The notes below the pieces were generated by a model that saw only the letters and a list, made by a program, of their open reading frames with translations, ran no database searches and was not told where the DNA came from. A DNA stretch of 60,828 bases, filler included, from Jimgerdemannia flammicorona (taxonomy: Eukaryota), in the NCBI GenBank assembly GCA_003990765.1. It is 2 parts of 2 records of this genome, joined end to end, with 100 filler letters (N's around TTAATTAATTAA, not from the genome) between each part and the next. Parts side by side here need not be neighbours in the genome. Positions count along the whole stretch, not along the records: positions 1 to 30,391 come from RBNJ01000446.1; 1 more part is not named here. The stretch is one strand, 5' to 3'. Each line of letters begins with the position of its first letter. Within the stretch, counting starts at the first letter, position 1. This document shows, piece after piece, positions 12,086 to 24,240 of the stretch. The translations under genes were made by a program, and so were the position numbers.

Positions 12086-14088
12086 TATTGGTTCTTTCTA
12101 TCTGTCTATTTCCTTGAGAGTGGTATACAGTGGTCTTGATATGCTAAATCTTGTATTTCTGATATATTATCTTATGGAATCTATTGATAAATTCTGTACT
12201 ATAGTCTGTGGTGATTTGTCTTGGTATCTTATAGTGGCAGATGATTTCTTAGTATAAGAAGTCAGCTATAGAGAGAGCATTGGCTTCTTATAATGCTTCT
12301 GCTTCTATCTATTTGGTAAAGAGGTCTATAATAACTATAATATAGCAGTTTCCTGATAGTATTACTGATAGTGGTCCAATGATATCCATTGTGATATAGT
12401 AGAAGGGGATAGACTCAATTCTTGATGACTTGGGTACCTATCTTACTGATCTTGTTTCTGTTTTTGGTACTTGTCACACTCTTTGACAAATTGGTACAGG
12501 TCTTCTTCTATCTTAGACCACTACATAATTCTTCTTGCTTTATTATATATATTAGTTCCTCCTAGGTATCTTTGTTCATATACTTTCTTCATTACTTAAT
12601 ACTTCTAATATTCAGATATTATAAGCTTTTCTTCTTTTCTGAGTATAGTGTTGTCTAGTTCATTGTTTCTAAGTTCAGTTGATAATGATAATAGTCTAGG
12701 ATTTGAGGTGGTTGGGCATCTTCTACTGTCCAAAGTAGCTGATTATTCCATAGTATAGCTCCTTATTTATATTTAATAGTCTTGATAGGGGTGTTTTGGG
12801 GTATCCTTGAGAGTACATTAGTATTGGTATTGATTTTTCCTAAGCAGTACTTGATAGTACAGTCATACTCTTGCAGCTTATCTGACATATATTTCTTTGG
12901 AGTTCAGAGTGTAGAATAGTCAGACAAGAGTGGAATGGTCTGTTTTAATAGTGAAGTATTTTCTAGCTAGGTAGTAGTAGAACTTATCTACTGTCCAAAC
13001 TACTACTAAGTATTCAAGCTTGTATGACTCATAGTTCTGTTCTGCTTTACAGATATCTTGGCTTGTATAGGAGATGACATATTTATGTCCATCTTTCTTC
13101 TGAGCTAGGACTGCTCTAAGTTCTATAGTACTTGCATCTATCTATAGGATGAACTCTAGATTCCAATCTGGTCTTTTGAGAATAAGTGCTTAGGTCAATC
13201 TGGTCTTAAGTTCATTGAAGGTTTCTTGATGTTTCTTAGTCTATTTAAATTTGTTCTCTTTCTTCAATAGCTTGTAGATAGGTGCTGTAATATTGGAGTA
13301 TCCTTTGATAAATCTTCTGTAGTAAGAGGTCAGTCCAAGAAAGATATAGACTTCTATAGTTGTTCTGGGTCTTGGGTAGGCTACAATAGCCTCAATCTTT
13401 ATGGAATTCATATGAATTCTAATCTGGTTAATAATATGTCCTAGGTAGGCAATTTCCTGAGCTGCAAACTTATACTTCTTAGGCTTGATATAGAGATCAT
13501 ACTTCTTGAGCTTTTTGAGAACTAGCTATATAGTTGATATGTTCCTATATAGTATTACTGAAGATAATCACATTATTAACATAGACAAAGAGCCATTTTC
13601 CAATCTCATTACTGAAGACTCTGTTCATCATTTACTGAAAACTTACTAGAGTATTATACATTCCAAATAGCATTTGCAGGTAGATATAAGTAGTATCAGA
13701 TGTGATGAAGGCTGATTTCTCACTGGTATCTTGAGTGAGACCAATCTGATAAAAGCCTGAGAATAGATCCAAGGTGGTATAGTATTTAGCTTTGTTTCCA
13801 AGAGTGATAAGGGCTGCCTATTCTTCTTGATAATTGTATTGAGCTTCCTGTAATCAATTCAGAGTCTTAGGACAAACTCTCTAGACTTGCTTTTCTTCTT
13901 TAGGGTGAGAACAATGAGTGAAGCTCAGAGGCTAATAGCTTGCTTGATAATTCTAGCTTCTTTCATTTCCTTGAGTTCTGCTCACAGCCATTCTCTGTAA
14001 GCAGGTGGTATAGGTCTGGCTTTCTGGTAGATGAGCTTGGTATCACCAGTGTCAACTTTATAATAGTACTTGGGTTCTTAATTGTAGA
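12086..14088 (-). mobile_element. Heavily mutated Gypsy pol remnant (RT-RH-IN), related to Gypsy-2
   Basis: IDYRKLN, TLDLFSGFYQI, FLGLTSYYRRFI, DASTIELRAVL remnants; 12090-12340 aligns with 29448-29695. Confidence 0.85.
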
Positions 14089-14788
14089 TTTTTTTTTTAT
14101 TATAAAACTAGTAAATAATAGAGAAATAGTTTAGAGTGAGATATAATACTGTTATGGTGGATATGAAGGTCAGTGGTAAAAGGTCAAGGAAATAATAAGC
14201 TTATGTGAATTTTCACAATGGAATAAGCAAGTAGAATAAAGTGTTTTCTGAAGTAAGGTGCAATAGATCTGCAATCTGCCCTCAGTACTGCAATATGCTG
14301 TGGTCTTTATTCAAATTTGAAAACAAAGTTTGGATAAACAAAGACACAGATCTAACCCCAGAATTCCAGAATCGGATGGGTGCATAAGTACCCGAACCTT
14401 GCCCTGATCTAAACAAAAGTCTGAATTAGGCTTTGTTGATTTACACATGTGATGGGCCATTAAAAACCCAATATAGTAACAATCGGAAAAAGGTACCAGT
14501 CATGTGATCTAATGTTATACAAATAATAAACAATGCTAAAAACGGAACTAGACCAATGACATATCACATGTCATCATGTGATTGTCACTTATAGGTTTAA
14601 AAACCTAAAAATCATCGGCACTCAAAGGTACAGGCATCAGGCCTAGAGCCTCATGACTGGAGTGGAGTAGAGCCTCAGCACCAGAGTGAGCGAAGTGAGT
14701 GGAGGTAGACAGGTATCACAGAGTATAGATATGCAGGCATCAGGCCTAGAGTCTCATGCTGGAGATTGTCCAGCGATTTTTCATGTTT

Positions 14789-16820
14789 TTAAACATTGTA
14801 CGGCATGTATGGGCAGTGCGGCCTTCAAGGAGGACTTAGAGAAAAACTGGTATTTGAGACAGTATTAAGAATGGTAAAACCATTCTTCCAGGCAATGATT
14901 GGTCATCAGACAGTCATAGGGAAACCAAAATGGAGCAAAGCAGTACATAGAGTCTTGTCAGGCTATTGATATAGCCATTGGGCCATATTGTATTGGACAA
15001 CAAGCAATGGGGGAGGAAAAGTGGAGTGGGGAATAGGGGGGTGGGAAATAAGGGGAGGGGTGAGAAGAGAAGTTCAGACCTCAAGCCAATCAACCAAACT
15101 CAACTGAGCAGTTACAACATCAACAGGGTATCCTTTCCTGTGAATCAGGAACTCAGCCAAAGACCAACACTTATCAAGCCAATCATGGCGAGAAGAGCAG
15201 AGTAGCGATAGGCAGTGGGCCTCATTCACAATGCATAGATAGAGTGTCTTCCTAGGATGATTGCTCAACCAGTCAACAAACTGAGTACTACGTGGGAACT
15301 TAGCAAAGTGGCCTGTGCAGAACAGTGCGATCTGAATTTCCAAGTCCAGATAATAGCGGACAAGACTTCCCATTTGATATGATGGTGCAGGGGATAGATG
15401 GTACCAAAAATCATAGCCAAGTCTATGATCATGGGCATAAAGACAATAAGATCATCAATATACCAGTAGAACTTTAGCCCGGCTTCGATGACTCAGCTAA
15501 GCAGATGGTCAGGCACTTGCAAGGTGTGCAACTCATGAGCGAAGCCAACAAGGTTGGCAAGATCTGGGGCACAATTTGTTCCCATAGCAATACCAGTTAC
15601 AGAGTAGAAGGAACTAATAGTGGATATAAATGTCACATGAATCATGACTATGCAGACAAGGCCAAGAATGGCTTCAAGCAGCAAAGAGTCAGAGGAGAAA
15701 GCTACCATCAATAAGAAAGTGAGGCAGTCAATGCACTCATCTAACATAATCCTGGTATAGAAGGCAGTAAAATCTCTAGTAGTGACATAGTTGCAATCTG
15801 ACACATCTAGGTAATCTGATCAAACCAGTTGTAGTAGTTCTAACATATCACGTAGAGGTGAATAACATGAATAACCCACATTATAGTGCAGATGGGCCGA
15901 CCACAGATGGAGAAAGCAAGATAGGAACCACGAAATCTCAGTTATGAGAGAGTTAAAAGCACCAATGATAGGGCACCATACCACTCATGCCTCTTTGTGT
16001 ATCTTGGACAGTATGTGAAATACAGGTAACTTACAATTGTTGGGCTCTATGAGGTATTTCCAAATTGGCATATAACATTTGTCACCAATATAGAACTCAA
16101 GAAGACCAAGTAGGTCTAGCCTTACTGATTCCTTAATATTATCAATCATAGAGAGATCATTCATATATGCAGGATCATGAAGAAGGGACTGAAGACCGTC
16201 GAGATAAAGAGCATGTGGAATTATGGTGAACCCTAGATTTTTGTCAGTAAGACAGACAGTAAAGTCATCATGAGTATGGACTCCTTTAAGAAGGCATCAG
16301 AACTTCTTTAGTACAAGCATGCCAGACACATTTATCATGAGTCAGACAGCTTGATTTAAGGTGGCACTTATATGGAGCATAATTTGCATATTTTCCATAT
16401 AATGCGGTAGTCACCATTTCAATGGCACCCAGGCAGAGATCTCTGGGACGTTGTTGGGATTACCTATAGAGGTCCAGAAGGTGGTAAGGTCAAGATGCCA
16501 TTGGAATGATGACAATAAAATCAGGTCAATGGTACTGTTCATCAATGCTGACCCGGGGAGAACAAACTTAGGGCCAAAGTTCAGCATATATGTGAGCTCG
16601 GGGATAAGCCAAGGTGGAGGTATATCAGTAACAAAGCCCTTCTCAGTAAACATCCGAAACTGAGGGATGAAAAACTGACTTAAATGAGAACCAGGAAGAG
16701 AAGATATGAAGGCAAAATTCTCAATTAGTATCAAGGCCACTATCCTACATAGAATGGGGACATCAGGGCCAAACCACACTACCGGGAAGTTATATAAGAC
16801 TTCTGGGCTGAGGACCTCTA
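14789..16820 (-). pseudogene. PLE reverse transcriptase ORF2 (left copy)
   Basis: ORF fragments 16411-16779, 15493-15804 and 15074-15373 encode successive parts of one PLE RT. Confidence 0.85.
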
Positions 16821-17965
16821 GTTTTTTGACGCTAGAGGACAGATGTCACTGGCATTATACTAAACGACATGATGTTTGGTAGCAGTACACTTGTTGTACT
16901 ATGGTACAAATGCCCTGGCAGTGCTCTTAGATGAATGGCTCAAAGTCAACGAGCAGCTAGTCCTAGTAGAAGTGGAAGAAACAGATGGGGAAGGCGAAGC
17001 CTTATGCACTTGCTTGACCCCTTTTACAGAACCCACTGTCTCAGTAGGGGCTAGGGGACAAGGACTCCAGTGGGCCTTCATAGGTACACCAAGATGTCCA
17101 GAACAGCTATGGCAGTTTGGCATGGCAGAAGCTGAAGTCGCACTCATACCTTTTGCCTTTCCCGCAGCCCTCGCAGGTGCAGCGATAGAGAGTAGGGGGT
17201 GGGGATACTCTTTTTTGGTCAGGCAGAACCAGCGGTAGCAGAAGCAAATGTGCGTTTGGTACCCAAAGTAACAATCTCAGGGCACTTCTCAAGCTCCTCA
17301 ACCATGGCTTTGCAGGTGGCAGTGGAAATCCCATCTTGCAGGAAGGAGGATATAGGGACAGTCGGGTAGACTGTGGCAGCGGCAGCTTTAGCAGCAGCAG
17401 CGGTGGTAAGATGGTGAGATTGATGCATGATAATGTCAAAACCACAGAGCAGAAACAAGTTTATCTTGGCTTAGTCAGTGGCAGTGAGGGTAGTGATATT
17501 CTTGCTAACCCCTTGAGTGATATCAACAGATATCTCAAAGAAGTTATAGGTATTGGAAGACCCACCTATGGTCTTGTTGATTTTAGCATGCTGGTCCTTA
17601 GCATACTGGGCAGCAGTATCTTGATTGGAGATGGTAGCCTTGATCGCGGCAGTGGCATAGTGCTTAGCTTCTGCTGAAGCAATAGTAAGGGCGGTGGCAT
17701 GCTGTTCCTCTGAGAGAAGGGTGATCATAGCAGAGATATTCTTGGAAGGAGTAAACTTCCAATCAGCAACTTGGGCTCTCAAAAAGTCAGTACAGTGCTC
17801 ATGTATGGCAGCAACCTTGAGAGTTCGAAGCACTCCGGTACAAGCAGCATAGAAGCCAGCAGGGACCTCAGTAAGCAAAGCAGTCAAGAAGATGGCCAGA
17901 TTGTCGAAGCTTGCCAAATCGGCGAAAGAAACTTTGGGGATAGCAGTATCGCTATCTACATTCAT
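16818..17965 (-). pseudogene. PLE ORF1 (~382 aa reconstructed): Ala-rich helical region, basic patch, two C-x2-C...H...C fingers
   Basis: MNVDSD start; continuous with the CHSC...H...C and CNKC...H...C frame if the C6 run of the right copy is ancestral. Confidence 0.7.
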
Positions 17966-18671
17966 ATTATCTATTATATTGTATATTATGAAATGAGTAG
18001 ATAATAGAGGAATAGTTTAAAGCAAGATGTGATACTATTATGGCAGATATGAAGGTTGGCAGTAAAAGGTCAAGGAAACGATAAGCTTATGTGAATTTTT
18101 ATGATAGAACAAGTAAGCAGAATAAAGTATTTTCTGAAGTAAGGTGCAATAGATCTATAACCTGCTCTCAGTACCACAATATGTGGTGGTCTTTATTCAA
18201 ATTTGAGAACAAAGTTTGGATAAACAAAGACATGGATCTAACCCTAGAATTCTGGAATTGGATGGGTACATAAGTACCTGGACCTTACTCTGATCCAAAC
18301 AAAAGTCTGAATCGGGCTTTGTTGATCTATACATATGACAGACCATTAAAAACCTGATATAGTAACAATCGGGAAAAGGTACCGGTCACGTGATCTAATG
18401 TTACACAAATAATAAACAATGCTAAAAATGGAACTAGACCAATGATGTATCATATGTCATCACATAATTGTCACTTATAGGTTTAAAAACCTAAAAATCA
18501 TTGGCACCTAAAGGTGTAGGCATCAGGCCTAGAGCCTCATGACCAGAGTGGAGTAGAGCCTCAGCACCAGAGTGAGTGAAGTGAGCAGAGATAGACAGGC
18601 ATCACAGAGCATAGGTATGTAGGTGTCAGACCTAGAGCCTTATGTCAGAGGTTGTCTGGCGATTTTTCGCA

Positions 18672-21600
18672 TTTTTAAACCTATAAGTGACAATCATATG
18701 ATGACATGTGACACATCATTAGTCTAGTTCCATTTTTAGCATTGTTTATTGTTTCACCATTACCCTTCTCCCACCATGCCCCTGCAGGCACAGCAAACCA
18801 ACCCAAGGTAGAGGGGGTAATATTAGGGGAAAGGGGACTCGGAAGGTCGCCTACCAAACCTTGTGACTGGTAAGGTAGCGGAGTAAGGAGCGCCTTTTCC
18901 TGATTGTTACTATATTAGGTTTTTAATGGCCCATCATGTGTATAGATCGATGAAGCCCAATTCAGACTTTTGTTTAGATCAGGGCAAGATCTGGGTACTT
19001 ATACACCTATCTGATTCCGGAATTCTGGGGTTAGATCTGTGTCTTTGTTTATCTGAACTTTGTTCTCAAATTTGAATAAAGACCACCATATATTGTAGTG
19101 CTGAGGGTGGGTTGCAGATCTATTGCACCTTGCTTTGGAAAACACTTTATTCCGCTTGCTTATTCCATTATGAAAATTCACATAAGCTTATTGTTTCCTT
19201 GACCTTTTACCACTGACCTTCATATCTGCCATAACAGTATTATATCTCACTATAAACTATTCCTCTATTATCTACTCATTTCATAATATATAACATAACA
19301 GATAACATGAATGTAGATAGTGATGCTACCATCCCCAAAGCTTCTTTTGCCGATTTGGTGAGCTTTGATGACCTGGCCATCTTCTTGATCGCTTCGCTTG
19401 CTGAGATCTCTGCTAGCTTCTATGCTGCTTGCATTGGAGTACTTTGAACTCTCAAGGTTACCACTGTGCATGAGCACTGTGCTGACTTTTTGAGAGCCCA
19501 AGTTACCGATTAGAAGTTTACTCCTTCCAAAAAGGTCTCTGCTGTGATCGCCCTCCTCTCAGAGGAACAGCATGCCGCCACCTGCTTTAGCAGAAGCTAA
19601 GCACTGCACCACTGCCGCGATCAAGGCTGCCATCTCTGATCAAGATGCTACTGCCCAGTATACTAAGAACTAGTATGCTAAAATCAACAAGGCCATGGGT
19701 GGGTCTTCCAATGCCCATAACTTCTTTGGGATATCTGCTGATATTACTCAAGGGGTTAGCAAGAATATCGCTACCCTTGCTGCTACTGACCAAGCCAAGA
19801 TGAACTTGTTTCTGCTCCATGGTTTTGACATTGTTGTACATCAATCTCGCTATCTTGCTGCTGCTGCTGCTGCTAAAGCCGCCACTGCCACAGTCTGCCT
19901 GACTGTCCCCGTGTCCTCCTTCCTACAAGATGGGATTTCTGCTACTGCCCACAAAGCTGTGGTTGAGAAGCTTGAGAAGTGCCCTGAGATTGTTACTCCA
20001 GGTGCCAAATGTATATTTGCTTCTGCTGCTGCCAGTTTCACCTGACTGAAAAAGAGTATCCCCACCCCCCTACTCTCTACCACCACACCTGCAGGGGCTG
20101 CGGGAAAGGTGAAGAGTGTGAGCATGACTTCAGCTTCTATCGCGCCAAACTGCCATAGCTATTCTGGACATCTTGGTGTGCCTATGAAGGCCCACCAGAG
20201 TTCTTGCCCCCTAGCCCCTGCTGAGACAGTGGGTTATGTAAAAGAGGTCAAGTGAGTATGTAAGGCTTTGCCTTCCCCATCCATTTCTTCCACTTCTACT
20301 GAGACCAGCCACTTGTCAACTTTGAGCCATTTGTCTAAGAGCGCCGCCAGGGTATTTGTGCCACAGTGCAATAAGTATACTGCTGCCAAATATCATATTG
20401 TTTGGCATAATGCCAGCGACGTCTATCCTCTAGCATCAAAAAATAGAGGTCCCCAGCCTGGAAGTCTTATATGACTTCCCAGCAGTATGGTTTGGCCCTG
20501 ATGTCCCCATTCCACATGAGGTAGTGGCCTCAACACCAATTGAGGATTTTGCCTTCATGTCTTCTCTTCCCAGTTCTCATTTAAGTTAGTTTTTCATCCC
20601 TCGGTTTCAGATGTTTACTAAGGAGGGCTTTGTTACTGATATACCTCTATCTTGGCTTACCCCCAAGCTCACGTATATGCTGAACTTTGGCCCTAAGTTT
20701 GTTCTCCCTGGGTCAGCATCGATGAACAGTATCATTGACTCGATTTCATTGTTGTCATTCCAATAGCGTCTTGACCTTACCACCTTCTGGACCTCTATGG
20801 ATAATCCTGATGACATCCCGGAGATCTCTGCCTGGGTGCTGTCAAAATGGCAGCCGCTATATTGTATGGAAAATATGCAAATTATGCTTCATATGAGTGC
20901 CACCTTAAATTAAGCTATCCAACCCATGACAAATGTGTCCAGCATGCTTATACTGAAGAAGTTCCAATGCCTTCTTAAAGGAGTCTATACTCATGATGAC
21001 TTTACCATCTGTCTTACTGACAAAAATCTGGGATTCGCCATAATTCTGCATGCTCTTTATCTTGATGGTCTTCAGTCCCTCCTTCATGATCCTACATATG
21101 TGAATGATCCCTCTACAATTGATAATGTTAAGGAATCAGTGAGGCTAGACCTACTTGGTCTTCTTGAGTTCTGTATTGGTGACAAATATTGTATACCAAT
21201 TTGGGAACACCTCATGGAGCTCAATGATTGCAAGTTACCCATGTTTCATGCACTGTCCAAGGTACACAAAGGGGCATGAGTGGCATGGTGCCCTATTGTT
21301 GGTGCTTTTAACTCTCCCATAACTGAGATTTCACAGTTCCTATCTCACTTTCTCCATCTGTGGTCAGCCAATCTGCATCATAATATAGGTTATTTGTATT
21401 ATTTGTCTCTACATGATATGTTAGAACTGCTATAGCTGGTTTGATCAGATTACCTAGATGTGTCAGATTGCAACTATGTCGCTACTGGAGATTTTGCTGC
21501 CTTCTATACCAGGATTATATTAGATGAGTGTATCAACTGCCTCACTTTCTTATCGATGGTGGCTTTCCCCTCTGGCTCTTTACTGCTTGAAGCCATTCTC

Positions 21601-23188
21601 AGCCTTGTCCACATAGTCATGACTTATATGACATTTACATCTGCCATTGGTTTCTTTCACTCTGTGACTGGTATTGCTATGGGGACAAATTGTGCCCCAG
21701 ATCTTGCCAACCTTGTTGGCTTTGCTCATGAGTTGTGTGCCTTGCAAATGCCTGACCATCTGCTTAGCCAAGCCATTGAAACTAGGCTAAAGTTCCGCTG
21801 GTATATTGACAATCTTAATGTCTTTACACCTGTGATCATGGACTTGGCCATGATTTTTGGTGCCATCTATCCCCTGCACCATCATATTAAATGGAAAGTC
21901 TTGTCTGCCAGACTGTACCATTATCTGGACTTAGAAATCCAGGTCACACCATTCCACACAGGTCACTTTGCTAAGTTCCTACATAGTACTCAGTTTATTG
22001 ACTAGTTGAGCAATCATCCTAGAAAGATACTCCATCTATACATTGTGAATGAGGCCCACCACCTATTGCTACTCTGCTCTTCTTGCCATAATTGGCTTGA
22101 TGAGTATTGGTCTTTGGCTGAGTTTCTGGTTCACAGGAAAGGATACCCTGTTGATATTGTAACCGCTCAGTTGAGTTTGGTTGATTGGCTTGAGGTCCAA
22201 ACTTCTCTTCTCACCCCTCTCCTTATTTCTCACCCCCCCATTCCCCACTCTGCTTTTCCTCCCCCATTGCTTGTTGTCTAATACGACATGGCCTGATGGC
22301 TACATCAATAGCCTGACAAGACTCTATGTACTGCTTTGCTCCATTTTGGTTTTCCTGTGACTGCCCAATAACCAATCATTGCCCAGAAGAATGGTTTTAC
22401 CATTCTTAATGCTGTCTCAAATACCAGTTTTGCTCTAAGTCCTCCTTGAAGGCTGCACCACCTGTATATACTGTATGATGTTTAAAAATGTGAAAAATCA
22501 CTGAACAACCTCCAGCATGAGGCTCTAGGCCTGATGCTTGTGTACCTACACTCCATGACACCTGTCTACCTCCGCTCGCTTTGCTCACTCTAGTGCCGAG
22601 ACTCTACTCTGCTCCGGTCATGAGACTCTAGGCCTGACACCTGCGCCTTCAGGTACCAATAATTTTTAGGTTTTTAAACCTATGTGACAATTATGTAATG
22701 ACATGTGATACGTCATTGGTCTAGTTCCATTTTTAGCATTGTTTATTATTTGTGTAACATTAGATCATGAGACCAGTACCTTTTCCTGATTGTTACTATA
22801 TCAGGTTTTTAATAGTCTATTACATATGTAGATCAATGAAGCCCAATTTAGACTTTTGTTTGGATTGGGGCAAGGTCTGAGTACTTATGCACCCATCTGA
22901 TTCCGGAATTCTGGGGTTAGATCCGTGTCTTTGTTTATCCAAACTTTGTTCTTAAATTTGAATAAAGACCACTGCATATTGTGGTGCTGAGGGCAGGTTG
23001 CAGATCTATTATATCTTGCTTCAGAAAACACTTTATTCTGCTTACTTGTTCTATCATGAAAATTCACATAAGCTTATTGTTTCCTTGACCTTTTACCACC
23101 GACCTTCATATCTGCCATAACAGTATCATATCTCACTCTAAACCATTCCTTTATTATCTACTCGTTTTATAATAAAAAAAAAAAAAAA
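18672..23188 (+). mobile_element. Endonuclease-less PLE, right copy (ORF1 from 19307; RT ~20445-22485; pseudo-LTRs ~18672-19288 and ~22672-23173; A15 tail)
   Basis: Reverse complement of 14089-18488; HALSKVHK, TGDFAAFYT, GIAMGTNCAPDLANL, WYIDN. Confidence 0.88.
18755..18891 (-). repeat. 137-bp 5'-head fragment of the 1.2-kb retroposon inserted in a PLE pseudo-LTR
   Basis: Matches 28663-28799; replaces about 27 bp that are present in the other pseudo-LTR copies (cf. 22752-22778). Confidence 0.9.
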
Positions 23189-23189
23189 G

Positions 23190-23400
23190 AACTATACTAT
23201 CTCTAGATCTAGTCATTATTAATCAGTAACTAGAATATAAAGCAAACTATATTCTAGATTATAAGAATTACTAATTTGGATAAGCTATCAAACCCACCTG
23301 ATACTATTTCATAAAATGAAAAAAATATCCTAAGTATAATACTATCTGAGAAAAAGAAGACAATCTTTTGCTAAATATAAAAGAAGTATTAATCTGATAT
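23190..23400 (+). mobile_element. Very decayed chromovirus chromodomain remnant
   Basis: EYKANYILDYK...YYFIK*KKYPKYNTI*EKEDNL resembles EYEVE.ILD...YLVKWKGY...TWE...NL. Confidence 0.6.
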
Positions 23401-24137
23401 AGATATTTGATATAATAAAAATTCTGATAAAATTTCCAAAAGACAGTTATACTTCTAAATATCTCTCAATGAAGAGAAGTATAAATATTCTGAAATAATC
23501 CTATATAAATAACCTACTCTCAATATAAGTATTCAGTAATAATACCAAGAACAAACCAAGAACAAGATCACTACTACTATCTTTATAGCTATTAAATGCT
23601 AATGGAATTCTATCAAACTGCCTTTTGTTAATATATATATAAATCTCTAGAGATCTAGATCTAAATGATACCCAATAATATCTTAGAAGATTTTAATATT
23701 TCTAGACTTTCTACTACTAATAAAAATTAAAAGAGTACTATGAGATAGAATATCTTAACTATCAATAAGCTACTCTCAGTACTAGTCTATCTTTTTATTA
23801 ATAACCATACCTATATATGTAGTTATCAAAAGACTCTATATTCTTTTCTATATCTGACCTTAAGTCCTCAACTATCTTTATAGAGTATCTCCTGAGAACA
23901 TTATCAATTTAAGTAATAAATAATAGAGTAATATTGTTTTTCAAGTAGTTCAGTATACTGCTCTTTAGTTTGATAAGTATCTAGAGTTTAGTGCTGAGTC
24001 TAATGAGTAGGCTCAGGCAAAGAAGAGAAGAATATAATGAATCATTATATATCTACAAGCTACTGGAAATTTCAATAGAAATGCTGATAGAAATTCCTAT
24101 AGAAATTTCTATAGAATTTCCAACTAGCAGTCATAGT

Positions 24138-24240
24138 TAGTGCTTCAAATAGATTCAATTTATTAGAATGAGATTTGATTCAGATTTATCTTGTAATCTG
24201 ATCCAGATTAATCTAATTTAATCTGAATTATTTAAAATCT
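24138..24240 (+). repeat. Possible DNA-transposon terminus, followed by AT-rich degenerate sequence
   Basis: Starts tagtgcttc, like 29695, and is followed by short gatt/aatc subterminal-like repeats. Partner end not found. Confidence 0.35.

Larger units (their letters stand above)
14089..18680 (-). mobile_element. Endonuclease-less Penelope-like element (PLE), left copy, with pseudo-LTRs (14098-14790 and ~17978-18680) and short poly(A)
   Basis: RT motifs DKNLG, SKIHK, RDFTAFYT, GIAMGTNCAPDLANL, YIDD. The 3' UTR is repeated upstream of ORF1. No GIY-YIG after the thumb region. Confidence 0.88.

Noticed and set aside
22960..23040. Hammerhead ribozyme in the PLE pseudo-LTR (ctgaggg...gaaa between hairpins)
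   Set aside because: Core is not CUGANGA, there is no NUH triplet in the right place, and ctgag pairs into the stem. A covariance-model search is still worthwhile.
14089..23188. Giant TIR DNA transposon or assembly palindrome
   Set aside because: The arms encode PLE RT, end in poly(A), and differ by many independent transitions and indels.
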